Part shown: in pieces, positions 7,392 to 18,160 of the stretch
Position numbering within the stretch: the stretch's first letter is position 1
Layout of the letters: every line of letters starts with the position of its first letter
Source: Escherichia phage vB_EcoP_G7C
Length of the DNA stretch: 64,000 nucleotides
Reading direction: 5' to 3' (one strand)
Sequence record: NC_015933.1
Program-made: the position numbers and the translations under genes
The notes under the pieces: generated by a model
The model's database searches: none
What the model was told of the DNA's origin: nothing
The model's input: only the letters and a program-made list of their open reading frames with translations

Positions 7392-9956
7392 ATGTTAGTC
7401 GCAGATACCAATCAATCAGCCACTTCAGCGACACTGGGTGGCAAAGAAGCAATCGCTTTTGCCATCTCAGATGACCCGGCATTCTTTCATGTATTAAGTA
7501 CCTCCTTGTATAACAACCCTACTCTGGCAGTAGTCCGTGAGACTATCTGTAACAGTTGGGATGCTCATATTGAAGCAGGTAAGACTGATACTCCTATCCG
7601 TATTACTATTGATACAGACAATTTTATTACCTTCCGTGACTTCGGTAATGGGATACCAGATGAACTCATTGGTTCCATTTATGGTGTCTACGGTGCATCT
7701 ACCAAGAAGTCCAACAGTAGTGTTACTGGTGGCTTTGGTTTGGGATGTAAATCCCCATTCGCTTATACAGATAGCTTCCAGGTTACTTCATGGAACCAGG
7801 GAAAGATGTCAGTATATAACGTAGCTAAGGCTGCGATTGAGAATGATGGTAAACCGGGTATTGTTCCTATTGTTACTGGTATTCCTACTGAGGAATCTGG
7901 TCTGGAAGTTAAATTCCAGCTAGGTAAACATGATGTGAATACCTTTGTACATTACATCACGTCAATTGTATTTAACGGTGAGATTAAGGCTGAGCTTAGT
8001 ATTCCCAAACTTGTTCGTGAAGAAACAGGTAATAGTATTCAGCAGGGTAACTATACTCTACTGAATACGCTAGGTATGTCATTTGAACCAGGTTCATATG
8101 ATATGTCTGATAAATGGTATCAAGGCTATATGGGTAACAGCACCATCTTTGTTCGCTACGGTAACGTAATGTACCCAATAGTATCTAGCCCGGCTAGTGA
8201 AGAGGCTGTAGGTCTTATTCTCAACTTCATGAATATCATTGGAGCTGATAATTTAGTAGTTCAGGCTGCACCAGATACCTTAGCTATTGCCCCTAGTCGT
8301 GAAACGCTGTCTAACCAGAAGTTAACCGACGATGGTATTACTGCTCTATGCGTAGATTTAGTAGACCGTATGGAGAAAGAGATTAAGGCTAAGATTCCTG
8401 AAGCTATTAAGCAGGTTGAAGAATATGCCTCCCAATCTTCTACTCGTGACTGGGAATATCCTGCTTTCTTAAGTGCTGTTACAGACAGAACTGTTCAACG
8501 CTATATGTCCTCTAGTTTGTGGGCTAAGCAGCGTAAACATCATGTTAAGCACTGGCGTAATCTATCCAATAAGGCATTACTAGCTCGCCCTGAATATGCA
8601 GGGCTTAAAAAACTGTATAGTAAGGCTATGCGTGCTCTTAAGTGTACGCGTGAAGATAAAACATACTATCAATTCCAGGATTTAGTATATCGGCATCTGC
8701 ACTTACCTCAGCTTGCTGCTTTAAAAGCTACAGGTATTAAGTGGTCTGGTTACATAATGAACCAGGGTAGCAGTGTTGGCCTGGTAACAGGTAAACTTAC
8801 TGACTACTTTAAGATGGGCTATAACAGCCATTTGGGTATCGGTATATTCACTACCAAGAACGTTGTAGTTACAAGACGTTTATCTGACTGTGCAGACTCT
8901 TTTTCATACTTCCCTGATTACACCCAAGGTGATCTGAAGCGTACAGCTTTTGTTCACGTCGTTGGTCCTAAGAAAGGAGAAGCAGAAAAAGCTGTAGCTA
9001 AGTTCTCTGCTATGGGTTATCGGGTAATTGACCTTACTCAATACAATGAGTGGGACAAGCCAACTAACTTCCGCAGGGAACAGGCTAAGATAGCTGCTGA
9101 GAAGCGTGCTAAGACAATAGCTGCCAATAAAACCAAAGCAGGGGGTAAAACTAATGCACTGGTTTCATTGAATGCAGTACTTGGTACTACCCCTGTACGA
9201 GATAAAAGCGGTGATTTGGTATCTAAACCATACATTGACAAGGATTTTGCTGACCCAAGATTCCATGAGGAACCTAGATTCGTTGAGGTGGATCTGCCTA
9301 AGTACTACGTACCAGCCAGTCAGGTTGTTTCTGGTAGACCAGCAACTGCCAAGATTGGAACCATGTGGAAATGGTATGAATTATCCGATGAGATGAAAGC
9401 AGAAACTGTTGTCTGTCGTAATCAAATCGAAGTTAACAAAGCCAAACGTCGTGGTGCTATTCACATTGACGATATTCGTCTTAATGAATTGATGTCTGTT
9501 ATTACCAGCAAGGGATTCAAGAAGTACGCCACTGAACAACGTAACGGTGTTCTTGAGTATCTTGATTTAAATGACAAAGAATACTGTGAAATCCTCGACA
9601 TTCTTGGACTAACATTCAAACCATTACAGAGTCTGGTTCTTAAACCAGAGTACGAATGGGCATGTGACTTCCTAAGAAATCATTCAAGTAACAAAGATAA
9701 ACTGGTTGAGATGGGCCTCATTAAGTCAGTAGATGACTTGGAACCATATGTAAGGATGGTTAATCCTCGTATGCATAAGTATTTCAAAGTACTTAACGAG
9801 TACAAAGGGTTATTTAGATATAGCTGGAATGATAATGACATCCTGCAAAGCCTGGATTTGAGTAGATTAATCAAACATCTCAAGAAAAATCCAGAGGATA
9901 TTCCTGGGTTTAAGCCCCTCTACCGTAATCGTTTAAATAAACTGAAAGGTAAATAA
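7392..9956 (+). CDS. rIIA: rIIA-like protein with N-terminal GHKL/HATPase-type ATPase domain
   Basis: GHKL N-box/G-box-like motifs (NSWDAHIEAG…RDFGNGIP…GGFGLG); 854 aa; GGAGAG RBS. Confidence 0.65.
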   Translation: MLVADTNQSATSATLGGKEAIAFAISDDPAFFHVLSTSLYNNPTLAVVRETICNSWDAHIEAGKTDTPIRITIDTDNFITFRDFGNGIPDELIGSIYGVYGASTKKSNSSVTGGFGLGCKSPFAYTDSFQVTSWNQGKMSVYNVAKAAIENDGKPGIVPIVTGIPTEESGLEVKFQLGKHDVNTFVHYITSIVFNGEIKAELSIPKLVREETGNSIQQGNYTLLNTLGMSFEPGSYDMSDKWYQGYMGNSTIFVRYGNVMYPIVSSPASEEAVGLILNFMNIIGADNLVVQAAPDTLAIAPSRETLSNQKLTDDGITALCVDLVDRMEKEIKAKIPEAIKQVEEYASQSSTRDWEYPAFLSAVTDRTVQRYMSSSLWAKQRKHHVKHWRNLSNKALLARPEYAGLKKLYSKAMRALKCTREDKTYYQFQDLVYRHLHLPQLAALKATGIKWSGYIMNQGSSVGLVTGKLTDYFKMGYNSHLGIGIFTTKNVVVTRRLSDCADSFSYFPDYTQGDLKRTAFVHVVGPKKGEAEKAVAKFSAMGYRVIDLTQYNEWDKPTNFRREQAKIAAEKRAKTIAANKTKAGGKTNALVSLNAVLGTTPVRDKSGDLVSKPYIDKDFADPRFHEEPRFVEVDLPKYYVPASQVVSGRPATAKIGTMWKWYELSDEMKAETVVCRNQIEVNKAKRRGAIHIDDIRLNELMSVITSKGFKKYATEQRNGVLEYLDLNDKEYCEILDILGLTFKPLQSLVLKPEYEWACDFLRNHSSNKDKLVEMGLIKSVDDLEPYVRMVNPRMHKYFKVLNEYKGLFRYSWNDNDILQSLDLSRLIKHLKKNPEDIPGFKPLYRNRLNKLKGK

Positions 9957-9960
9957 TCTG

Positions 9961-12006
9961 ATGAAAATCGAATTGATTTCTATCATCGCACTGGCAGTTG
10001 ACAGTCGAAACCTCACACTGTGGAAGCCAGATGGCTCCACGGTTGTATATCCTCAGAGCGACCCACGGGTTGCTCGTATTGTATCTGAAGCACAGACCAA
10101 AGGTCTTGGTACTACCCAGGACCAAATAGAAGTAAACATTGCACCAGAAGTAGAGCTACGTACTGAATATCTGGAAGCAGAGAAGAACACCAACGGATTC
10201 GTTCGCTTCTTTAAGGTAGCTAAAGCTAAACTCAAAGAGTTCTTCGAAGATGGTACAGGTGTTTCACCAGCCCGTACCGTTTCAGATATTAAGCTGGGTA
10301 ATCCTACTAAGACGCTGGTATCTAAAGCTATGGATACCTTCCTGGCTGTTCAGGCTAATGAACCGGAGGTAACAGTAGCAGATGGTTACTACGACAAACG
10401 TGACAATCTGATGTGGGTTACTGGCTGGGATAAAGACCATAACCATCTTGCACTGGTTCGTTTTATTAACGACGTACTTTGTTGGAGTCATAAACATACT
10501 GATCTTACTCTTAGACAAGAATGGCCTATTGCAATTCGTGCAGTATCTGACGATGAAATGGGGGAGTTTGCTAAACAAGCTCAGAACATCAAAGGTGTAC
10601 ACGTTGTATTTACCAATCGTGGGGAAACACCACTGCCTTACGTGGAAGTAGCTAAAACTACGAACCAGGATAAGCTGGCTGCTGCTTCTGAGAAACTGGC
10701 TGCATTGGGTGCTATCAGCACCGATGATGCTAACTTCCACACTGATGTGAAGGAAGATGAAGTGGTTGTTGCTGTTACCAACAATGGGGTTATCCCTGGG
10801 GTTGAGAACCTGCAACGTCACCTGCGTCAATCTGCCAAACTGAAAGACTACAAGGGCTTTACTAAGTTCCTTGAGCGTCTGGCTCCGGTTATTAAAGACC
10901 GCCTGCACTCAGTGGAAGACCTGATGAAGTTCATGGAAACTGCTGAACTGCCTATCGCTGATGATGGCTCTATCCTGTTTCTGAAACGCCTTGAGTTCAG
11001 AGGTGAAGAAAATGGTAAACGTGTATTCGTTGACTGTCACTCGGGTAACATCCGTCAGTGGGTAGGCTGTAAAGTACAGGTACGGGAAGACCTGGTAGAC
11101 CCTGACCGTCGTCAGGACTGCTCTAATGGTCTGCACGTAGCATCCATGAGTTACATTCGTACCTTCGGTGGTAACGTAACTATCCTTGGTAAAGTAGCAC
11201 CAGAAGATGTATTTGCTGTTCCTGAGTACAACACTAATAAGATGCGTGTAGCTGCGTATCACATTATTGCTGAACTACCGGAAGAGGAACGTTGCAACGT
11301 TAACAATGGCATTTATCTGTCTAAAACAGAAGTGGGTAAGAAACTGCTTAATGATGCCATCGTTGGGAACCATAGTTCACCTACCACACTCGTTATGGTT
11401 GGTGGGCATCATGGCACTAACCTCAAATACACCAATCTCTCGTCTGGTTCTGTAGAACAGTTCCGTACAGTTGCTAATAAAGAGGCACTGAATATGGAAG
11501 AGTCACTGAATGAAGCTGTAGCTGCTGAACCAGTGAAGGCTACTGACCTTAAACCTATTGTTAATAAGGCTCCTACCGTGAAAGAACAAATCCAGGAACT
11601 GATTAAAGAGTTCCTTAACGCAACTACTCCGGAAGATAAATTAGCTGCTGCTGATTTGCTTGTGGAAATGCGAGGTAAGGCTCGTAAGCCATGGGCTGCT
11701 TTAGGTGTTGGTTCCGATGTGGTATCTAAGATTGCTGATGTGCGTAGTACTCGCATTCCTGCACCGAAAGCTGTACCAGTGAAGCAAGCTAAGGTTCATC
11801 GCTCGGCTACTGCTACTAAGGTAGCACCGTCTGGTAAACACGCTGATAACCTGCGTAGCATCCTGAACGATACGTCCTACTCTGACTATCAGAAAGGTCA
11901 TGCTCTACAAGACTATAAGCGTCATGCCAAGAAGTCATTCACTGCAATGGGTCTGACTGAAGAAGAAGCTAAGTTGGCTACCAAGCTGGCCAAGGCCGTT
12001 AAGTAA
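9961..12006 (+). CDS. rIIB: rIIB-like protein (assigned by position next to rIIA-like gene)
   Basis: 681-aa ORF immediately downstream of the rIIA-like gene; no diagnostic motif recognised, assignment by synteny only. Confidence 0.4.
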   Translation: MKIELISIIALAVDSRNLTLWKPDGSTVVYPQSDPRVARIVSEAQTKGLGTTQDQIEVNIAPEVELRTEYLEAEKNTNGFVRFFKVAKAKLKEFFEDGTGVSPARTVSDIKLGNPTKTLVSKAMDTFLAVQANEPEVTVADGYYDKRDNLMWVTGWDKDHNHLALVRFINDVLCWSHKHTDLTLRQEWPIAIRAVSDDEMGEFAKQAQNIKGVHVVFTNRGETPLPYVEVAKTTNQDKLAAASEKLAALGAISTDDANFHTDVKEDEVVVAVTNNGVIPGVENLQRHLRQSAKLKDYKGFTKFLERLAPVIKDRLHSVEDLMKFMETAELPIADDGSILFLKRLEFRGEENGKRVFVDCHSGNIRQWVGCKVQVREDLVDPDRRQDCSNGLHVASMSYIRTFGGNVTILGKVAPEDVFAVPEYNTNKMRVAAYHIIAELPEEERCNVNNGIYLSKTEVGKKLLNDAIVGNHSSPTTLVMVGGHHGTNLKYTNLSSGSVEQFRTVANKEALNMEESLNEAVAAEPVKATDLKPIVNKAPTVKEQIQELIKEFLNATTPEDKLAAADLLVEMRGKARKPWAALGVGSDVVSKIADVRSTRIPAPKAVPVKQAKVHRSATATKVAPSGKHADNLRSILNDTSYSDYQKGHALQDYKRHAKKSFTAMGLTEEEAKLATKLAKAVK

Positions 12007-12068
12007 TAGCCTGTTCAAATGCCCTCACTTATAATAAAGTGAGGGTAAATTTGAAGAGGAAGTGTACT

Positions 12069-12464
12069 ATGAGTTCTGTATACAGAGTTAATCGCAAAGC
12101 AACTGATGAAGACATCATTCGTATGAATGCTGTTGGTCTATCCCTCGCAACTATCGCTAAGACGTTGGGGGTTCACCCCACTACGGTTACTCTGCGATTG
12201 CGTTCTTTAAACATTGAACCAGCCGACACACGTCGGACGTTCATGGAGAATGTACTCCGTCCATTACCAACCCATGTGGTAGATTGGCTATCAGAGCAAG
12301 TTGGTCCTGCTTATGAGATTCGTTCATATGTAAGGGACTTGATTCTGGAGGCATATAATAATCGCCACCTTAACCAAGAGAGTGAGCATGACAAGTTCAT
12401 CCGTTTGTACGCTGGAAAACACACGGCAATGGTTTCTAAAAGCCGTACCAAATCCGACGAGTAA
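12069..12464 (+). CDS. Helix-turn-helix DNA-binding protein
   Basis: HTH-like segment NAVGLSLATIAKTLGVHPTTVTLRL; ATG at 12069 with GAGGAAG RBS (ORF-track GTG start at 12039). Confidence 0.5.
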   Translation: MSSVYRVNRKATDEDIIRMNAVGLSLATIAKTLGVHPTTVTLRLRSLNIEPADTRRTFMENVLRPLPTHVVDWLSEQVGPAYEIRSYVRDLILEAYNNRHLNQESEHDKFIRLYAGKHTAMVSKSRTKSDE

Positions 12465-12843
12465 GAACATTAGTACCCAGATTGGTTGTCATCTGGAAGA
12501 AGTAGAAGAAATGCTTCAGACCATTTATCCAAATGGTAGCTACGATGCAGAACTACTACAACGTGCACAGGATGCCATTACAAATCTGGCAAACCATATG
12601 AAGCGTAATGACGATGCCTACCGTATTGATGGTAGTACCAACTTGCTGGATGCACTAGCAGACCAGATTGTTACAGCAACTGGCGTCGGTACTTTCCTTG
12701 GGATGAATGTCCCTGGAGCATTGGCTGAAGTCAATCGCTCAAACTATTCCAAGTTCGAAGATGGAGAACCTATCTTCAACGAGAACAAGAAAGTCATGAA
12801 GGGGAAAGATTACACTCCCCCTGATTTAAAACCTTACATCTAA
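12388..12843 (+). CDS. Hypothetical protein, possibly all-alpha NTP pyrophosphohydrolase (MazG/HisE-like)
   Basis: EExxE-type motif HLEEVEEM; start uncertain (ATG 12388 gives a 77-nt out-of-frame overlap with the upstream ORF; ATG 12511 would remove the motif). Confidence 0.4.
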   Translation: MTSSSVCTLENTRQWFLKAVPNPTSKNISTQIGCHLEEVEEMLQTIYPNGSYDAELLQRAQDAITNLANHMKRNDDAYRIDGSTNLLDALADQIVTATGVGTFLGMNVPGALAEVNRSNYSKFEDGEPIFNENKKVMKGKDYTPPDLKPYI

Positions 12844-12863
12844 CCCTCTACGGAGGGTTTTTT
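12844..12863 (+). terminator. Rho-independent terminator
   Basis: Stem CCCTC/GAGGG, TACG loop, T6. Confidence 0.65.
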
Positions 12864-12876
12864 ACTGGAGATTTAA

Positions 12877-14187
12877 ATGTTTTCCAAACCTACCAAAGCC
12901 CCATTGAACCAGGGGCAAGAAGCGGTTGCGAAGGAGTTCTTCGACTTCCTGCTCGACCCTAATGCCACAGAGTTCGGAATAAGTGGACCTGGAGGAACTG
13001 GTAAGACATTCCTGATGTCGCACCTCATTGATGACACTATGCCTGCATATATGGAAACCTGTTCTCTAATGGGAACCAAGCCTCTGTATAACGAAGTTGT
13101 CATGACTGCGACCACGAACAAAGCTGCTGAAGTTCTGGCTCAAGCTACTGGACGTCCAACGTCTACCTATCATTCCTTCCAGGGACTGATTGTTAAGAAT
13201 GACTTTAAAACCGGTGAGGCTAATGTCGTACCGTCTAAGTCATTCAATATTAAGAAGAACAAGATTATCTTCGTAGATGAAGCATCCATGATTGACCGTC
13301 AGTTACTTAAGTATGCACGTGAAGGTACTCACCAGTGCAAACTGGTATTCGTAGGTGATGCTTCTCAGCTTCTGCCTGTTAAAGAGAGTAAGTCTCCAGT
13401 GTATGCTGGCAATATCCCAACACACTATCTGACTGAACAGATGCGTACCGATACACCGGAACTCAAAGCATTGCACCAGCAATTGCGTGATACGGTGGAA
13501 GGTAAGACAGGCTTCCTGCCTATTAAATGTATTCCAGGCATTATTGACTGGGTACAAGGGGAAGAGATGGAGAAACTGGTTCTCAGTCACTTCACCCAAC
13601 CCACCAATAGCCGTATTGTTGCTTACACCAATGACCAGGTTATTAATTACAATAACTACATTCGTGAAGCTAATGGCTACGTAGGTGAATACTCCATTGG
13701 TGAACAACTAGTTTCTAACTCAGCTGTTCGCTTGGGCGGGGAAGACCGTCTGTCTATCGAGCAGGACGTAAAACTCATTGACCAAGATAGCAGTACTCGC
13801 ATGATTAAGGTTACAGGCGACCTGGAACTGGAAGTCCGTGATAGTACTCTAGACCTTGGTTATGGTGGTATTGTTAGTGAAGTACCAGTTCCTACCGACC
13901 CAGACTACTTCAACCGTTTGGTTAAGTGGTTAGGTAAAGAGAAGAACTGGGAACCTTACTTCCGCCTTAAAGAAACCATTCCAGACCTGCGTGCTACTCA
14001 TGCATGTACTGTTCATAAATCACAAGGCTCTACTTACGACACAATCTTCATTGATGCAAATGACCTCTCAAGCTGTCGCCAACCTGATATGGTTGCCCGT
14101 CTGCTTTACGTCGCTGTGTCTCGTGCCCGTAAGCGAGTAGTGTTCTATGGCAATCTTGCCAGTAAGTATGGTGGTCTAACTTTCTAA
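12877..14187 (+). CDS. SF1 DNA helicase (Dda/RecD-like)
   Basis: Walker A GPGGTGKTF, Walker B IIFVDEASMI, C-terminal motif CTVHKSQGSTYD; CTGGAG RBS. Confidence 0.85.
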   Translation: MFSKPTKAPLNQGQEAVAKEFFDFLLDPNATEFGISGPGGTGKTFLMSHLIDDTMPAYMETCSLMGTKPLYNEVVMTATTNKAAEVLAQATGRPTSTYHSFQGLIVKNDFKTGEANVVPSKSFNIKKNKIIFVDEASMIDRQLLKYAREGTHQCKLVFVGDASQLLPVKESKSPVYAGNIPTHYLTEQMRTDTPELKALHQQLRDTVEGKTGFLPIKCIPGIIDWVQGEEMEKLVLSHFTQPTNSRIVAYTNDQVINYNNYIREANGYVGEYSIGEQLVSNSAVRLGGEDRLSIEQDVKLIDQDSSTRMIKVTGDLELEVRDSTLDLGYGGIVSEVPVPTDPDYFNRLVKWLGKEKNWEPYFRLKETIPDLRATHACTVHKSQGSTYDTIFIDANDLSSCRQPDMVARLLYVAVSRARKRVVFYGNLASKYGGLTF

Positions 14188-14197
14188 GGGAGGGTAT

Positions 14198-14728
14198 ATG
14201 CCTCAGATTGGTTCAGCGACTATTGGTCAGGTTGCCAATAGTAGTGAGATAGTCAAACACCTGTTCTTAGCAGAACTGGTTCGTCTTGATGGTGTGTTAA
14301 ACGGCATTATTGATAAGAATGATCGTATCAATGGCGTAGACGTATCGGCTGGATTTCTTCATCAAGGGGAGTTCTATCAGCGTTCTAACGCTACCAGACC
14401 TCCAACCTACGGTGAGCGATTAACACTTAATCCAGAACTTTGGCCTGCAATGGACAAGTATCTGAAAGCCTCCAGTCGTCTGATTATGGAAGTACACCTT
14501 GTGAACCAGACTGTATATCGTCTGGTTCGTGGTTGTATGTCCTATCAGGATGTACGTGATGCTTTACCTGAATGTCTGGTAGCACAAGACCAGACTGGTC
14601 AGTACAAAGGACTACCACGTACTCGTGAAGCTGCTTGGACTCTTGCTGGTGATGCTATGGCAATCAAACAGTATGAGAAGATTCTTCCCTCTATCGAGTA
14701 CTATGCAGCTTCACATCTGATTTTCTAA
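14198..14728 (+). CDS. Hypothetical protein
   Basis: ORF with AGGGAGGG RBS in replication module. Confidence 0.6.
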   Translation: MPQIGSATIGQVANSSEIVKHLFLAELVRLDGVLNGIIDKNDRINGVDVSAGFLHQGEFYQRSNATRPPTYGERLTLNPELWPAMDKYLKASSRLIMEVHLVNQTVYRLVRGCMSYQDVRDALPECLVAQDQTGQYKGLPRTREAAWTLAGDAMAIKQYEKILPSIEYYAASHLIF

Positions 14729-14737
14729 GGTAAAGCT

Positions 14738-17317
14738 ATGCGTTACATCACCTCTCAGGATACTGGCAAGTATCCTATTGCTATCCTCGGTCATCAAATC
14801 CGAAGGGAGGAGATGATTAAAACCTACCTGCTGCCTTATGACCTAAGCATGGAAGATTTCATCTTCCTTGAACTTCATTCTGCCCCTGGCAAGAAGAAGA
14901 CCCCTGCAAGGGAGATTAAGGAGTTCATACAGCAGGAACTACAGCAAGTACTGGATGATGCAGAGACTCAATACATTATCTGTACCGATTCTGACTACTT
15001 CAAAATACTGACTAAAGAAGCTAAAGCAGAGGCTAACCTCGGCTATGTTTGTGATTCAGTATGGGGTAAGCAGAAGGTTATCTATACACCTAGCTACAGA
15101 CAGGTCTTTTATGACCCACCTGTAGTGAAAGCCAAGATTGCTCAGGGAATGGATGCATTACTTAACCACATTCGCGGACAGTATGCTGAACCAGGGCAGG
15201 GAATCATTGAGTTTGAAGCCTACCCAGATACACCCGAAAAGATTAAAGCCTGGTTGGACCAGTTGCTTGAGATGAATAAGCCTCTGGCTATAGACATCGA
15301 ATCATTCGGTTTAAAGCACTATAACGCAGGCATAGGAACGATTACGTTCTGTTGGAGTAAGACACAAGGCATAGCCTTTAATGTGGACTACGAGCCAATT
15401 AAGGGAGCTACTGAAGCACCTTATGGGCGTATAAACAGGAATGATGTTGTTCGTAACCTGTTACGCGAGTTCTTCATTAAGTACACCCAACGGCAGATGT
15501 ATCACAACATTAGCTATGACGTGTACATACTTATCTATCAGTTATTCATGGATAACCTGATTGATACGGAAGGCTTACTACATGGCATGGAAATCATGCT
15601 ACGTAACTGGGACTGTACTAAGTTAATCACCTACCTGGCTACTAACAGTTGTGCCGGTAATCACCTTAGTCTGAAAGACCAGGCTCAGGAGTATGCTGGT
15701 AACTATGCTCAGGATGATATTAAAGACATACGTCTTATTCCTAATGAGCAACTGTTACGCTACAACCTCATTGATGGTTTGTGTACGTGGTACACCTACG
15801 AGAAGCACTGGGATACTCTCATTGCTGATGACCAACTAGATGTTTACAACAACATCTTTAAACCAGCCTGTGAAGACATTATTCAGATGCAGTTAACCGG
15901 TATGCCCATGAATATGGAAACCGTTAACCAAGTGGCTGAAGAGATGGAAACTGACAGGAACCAGGCTTTGAAAACTATTCGTGAGTCTAAGCTCATGAAG
16001 AATTTCACCCTGATGCTTCGTCAGGAATGGGTAGACGATAAGAATGCTAAGCTTAAGAAGAAGCAAGTAACATTGGCTGATTGTGACATTGAGTTTAATC
16101 CTAACTCCGGTCCTCAATTACAGAAACTGTTATTTGATTATATTGGCTTACCGGTTCTTGGTCTTACTAAGAGCAAGCAACCTGCTACTGACGGTGACAC
16201 TATTAAAGCACTGCGTACACATACGCAGAGTGAAGATGTTAAGGAACTGCTCAATGCACTTATCGACTATAAACTCGTGGATAAGATTATCACTAGTTTT
16301 ATACCAGCTTTCAGGAATGCCCAACCGGGGCCGGATGGCTGGCACTATCTGTTCGGAAACCTCAATCTGGGAGGCACAGTCTCCGGTAGGCTATCGGCTT
16401 CAGAGCCAAATCTACAAACAATTCCATCCGGTTCTAAATATGCCAAGAAGATTAAGAAATGCTTCGAAGCCCCTCCTGGCTGGATATTTTGCGGTTTGGA
16501 CTTCGCCTCGCTGGAAGACAGAATATCTGCATTGACTACCAAAGACCCCCAGAAGCTGAAGGTGTATACCGATGGCTATGATGGTCATAGTCTTCGTGCG
16601 TATGCTTACTTTGGTGAGCAGATGCCAGACATAGTAGACACAGTTGAGTCAATCAATTCTATTCAGACGAAGTACAAGCACTTGCGTAGTGATTCTAAAG
16701 CCCCAACTTTCTTGCTTACCTATGGTGGCACGTACATGGGCTTGATGAAAAACTGTGGCTTCTCAGAAGAGAAAGCTAAGACAACAGAGAAACGTTATCA
16801 CGACCTCTATGTAGTTAGTGATGCGTGGGTTCAGGCTAAGCTAGATGAAGCTGCCAAAACTGGTTATGTTACTGCTGCATTTGGTTTGAGAGTGCGTACT
16901 CCTTTACTGGCTCAGGTATTACGTGGGACATGTAAGACTCCATATGAAGCAGAAGCTGAAGGTAGGACTGCTGGTAATGCCTTGGGGCAAAGCTGGTGTC
17001 TACTGAATAACCGTGCTGGTTCAGAATTTATGCGTAAAGTCAGAGCCAGTGAGTTCAGATTAGATATACGCCCTAGTATTCACATTCATGATGCTCAGTA
17101 CTTCATGATTCGTGACAATATGGATACCTTGCAGTACACGAACAAGCACTTGGTGGAAGCCGTTAACTGGCAAGACCATCCTGATATTGCTCATCCAGAA
17201 GTTGGTTTGGGTGGGGAACTATCCTTGTTTTACCCAACGTGGGCTAACGAGATTGAGATTCCAAATCACGCTACCCCAGAAGAAGTTCATCAAATAATTC
17301 AAAAGGCATTCGCATGA
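14738..17317 (+). CDS. DNA polymerase, family A (Pol I-like) with 3'-5' exonuclease domain
   Basis: Exo motif DIESFGL; Pol motif A DFASLEDR, motif B KAPTFLLTYGG, motif C IHIHDAQYF. Confidence 0.92.
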   Translation: MRYITSQDTGKYPIAILGHQIRREEMIKTYLLPYDLSMEDFIFLELHSAPGKKKTPAREIKEFIQQELQQVLDDAETQYIICTDSDYFKILTKEAKAEANLGYVCDSVWGKQKVIYTPSYRQVFYDPPVVKAKIAQGMDALLNHIRGQYAEPGQGIIEFEAYPDTPEKIKAWLDQLLEMNKPLAIDIESFGLKHYNAGIGTITFCWSKTQGIAFNVDYEPIKGATEAPYGRINRNDVVRNLLREFFIKYTQRQMYHNISYDVYILIYQLFMDNLIDTEGLLHGMEIMLRNWDCTKLITYLATNSCAGNHLSLKDQAQEYAGNYAQDDIKDIRLIPNEQLLRYNLIDGLCTWYTYEKHWDTLIADDQLDVYNNIFKPACEDIIQMQLTGMPMNMETVNQVAEEMETDRNQALKTIRESKLMKNFTLMLRQEWVDDKNAKLKKKQVTLADCDIEFNPNSGPQLQKLLFDYIGLPVLGLTKSKQPATDGDTIKALRTHTQSEDVKELLNALIDYKLVDKIITSFIPAFRNAQPGPDGWHYLFGNLNLGGTVSGRLSASEPNLQTIPSGSKYAKKIKKCFEAPPGWIFCGLDFASLEDRISALTTKDPQKLKVYTDGYDGHSLRAYAYFGEQMPDIVDTVESINSIQTKYKHLRSDSKAPTFLLTYGGTYMGLMKNCGFSEEKAKTTEKRYHDLYVVSDAWVQAKLDEAAKTGYVTAAFGLRVRTPLLAQVLRGTCKTPYEAEAEGRTAGNALGQSWCLLNNRAGSEFMRKVRASEFRLDIRPSIHIHDAQYFMIRDNMDTLQYTNKHLVEAVNWQDHPDIAHPEVGLGGELSLFYPTWANEIEIPNHATPEEVHQIIQKAFA

Positions 17318-17619
17318 CTAAAAGTACTAAAGAAACCATCGTCAAAAAATATCATTGGATGGTGGCAGCACAGGTAATCTTCCAGCTCCCTAAAGCTGAT
17401 GATGGTTCTCTGCTTACCATGAACACAATGCTGCTCACTACCGAACCTCATGTGACCTATAAAGATTTGGCTCGTGCCAATCATTCCCTGAAAATTAGTC
17501 TGGACCAGCGTTTCGACACCTCAGTTGACCTGAAAGACATTGTTTATCTGTCTCTTAGCAACCTGGGTCTGATGTCTGAACCAGAGTTCCAGGCAAACAT
17601 GATTCCCAAGGGGGAATAA
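17314..17619 (+). CDS. Hypothetical protein
   Basis: ATGA overlap with polymerase stop. Confidence 0.55.
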   Translation: MTKSTKETIVKKYHWMVAAQVIFQLPKADDGSLLTMNTMLLTTEPHVTYKDLARANHSLKISLDQRFDTSVDLKDIVYLSLSNLGLMSEPEFQANMIPKGE

Positions 17620-18089
17620 TGACTAAGCTCTCCGGTGGCCTTAATAACTACTATGTAGTTTCAATTAAGAATCCCCAACGGAAAGAGCAAGAGCCATATC
17701 AAGCAGAGTGTGAGGATATTATCCAAGCACTGGGCATGACCTTCGATGAAGGTTGTGCCTTTAAAGCTCTATGGCGAAATGCTGCTGCCCGTATGGGTAA
17801 TGGTAAACCAGGTAATAAAGCCCTGTATGACTGTGAGAAGCTAGTTCATTACGCTAATCGTATTCTCGCTAAAGAAAGGTTAGCGGAGGAACCAGCAGTC
17901 AAAGATGTCCTTAACTCTGTGTGTAATAATTGGATTTACTCTAACGAGAAACCTCTGCTCACTAAACCATTTACGTTTATTGAGGTTATCTTCAAAGACC
18001 AGACTATCCCTATTCCAAGCACTTACCTTGCGAATAACATTGGAGCAATTCCTTGGGATAATGTACAGAAATACAGGATTACTTACTGA
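17619..18089 (+). CDS. Hypothetical protein
   Basis: TAATG overlap; GGGGGA RBS. Confidence 0.55.
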   Translation: MTKLSGGLNNYYVVSIKNPQRKEQEPYQAECEDIIQALGMTFDEGCAFKALWRNAAARMGNGKPGNKALYDCEKLVHYANRILAKERLAEEPAVKDVLNSVCNNWIYSNEKPLLTKPFTFIEVIFKDQTIPIPSTYLANNIGAIPWDNVQKYRITY

Positions 18090-18160
18090 TGAAGATAACC
18101 AACAACCATGATGTCTCACTAGCTCTGGCTGTATGGCTATTGCATGATGAGTAACTAATT

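Noticed and set aside
7537-7824. 95-aa plus-strand ORF inside the rIIA-like gene
   Set aside because: Alternative frame within a longer motif-supported ORF
10282-10908. 208-aa minus-strand ORF
   Set aside because: Antisense within the rIIB-like gene; no start context
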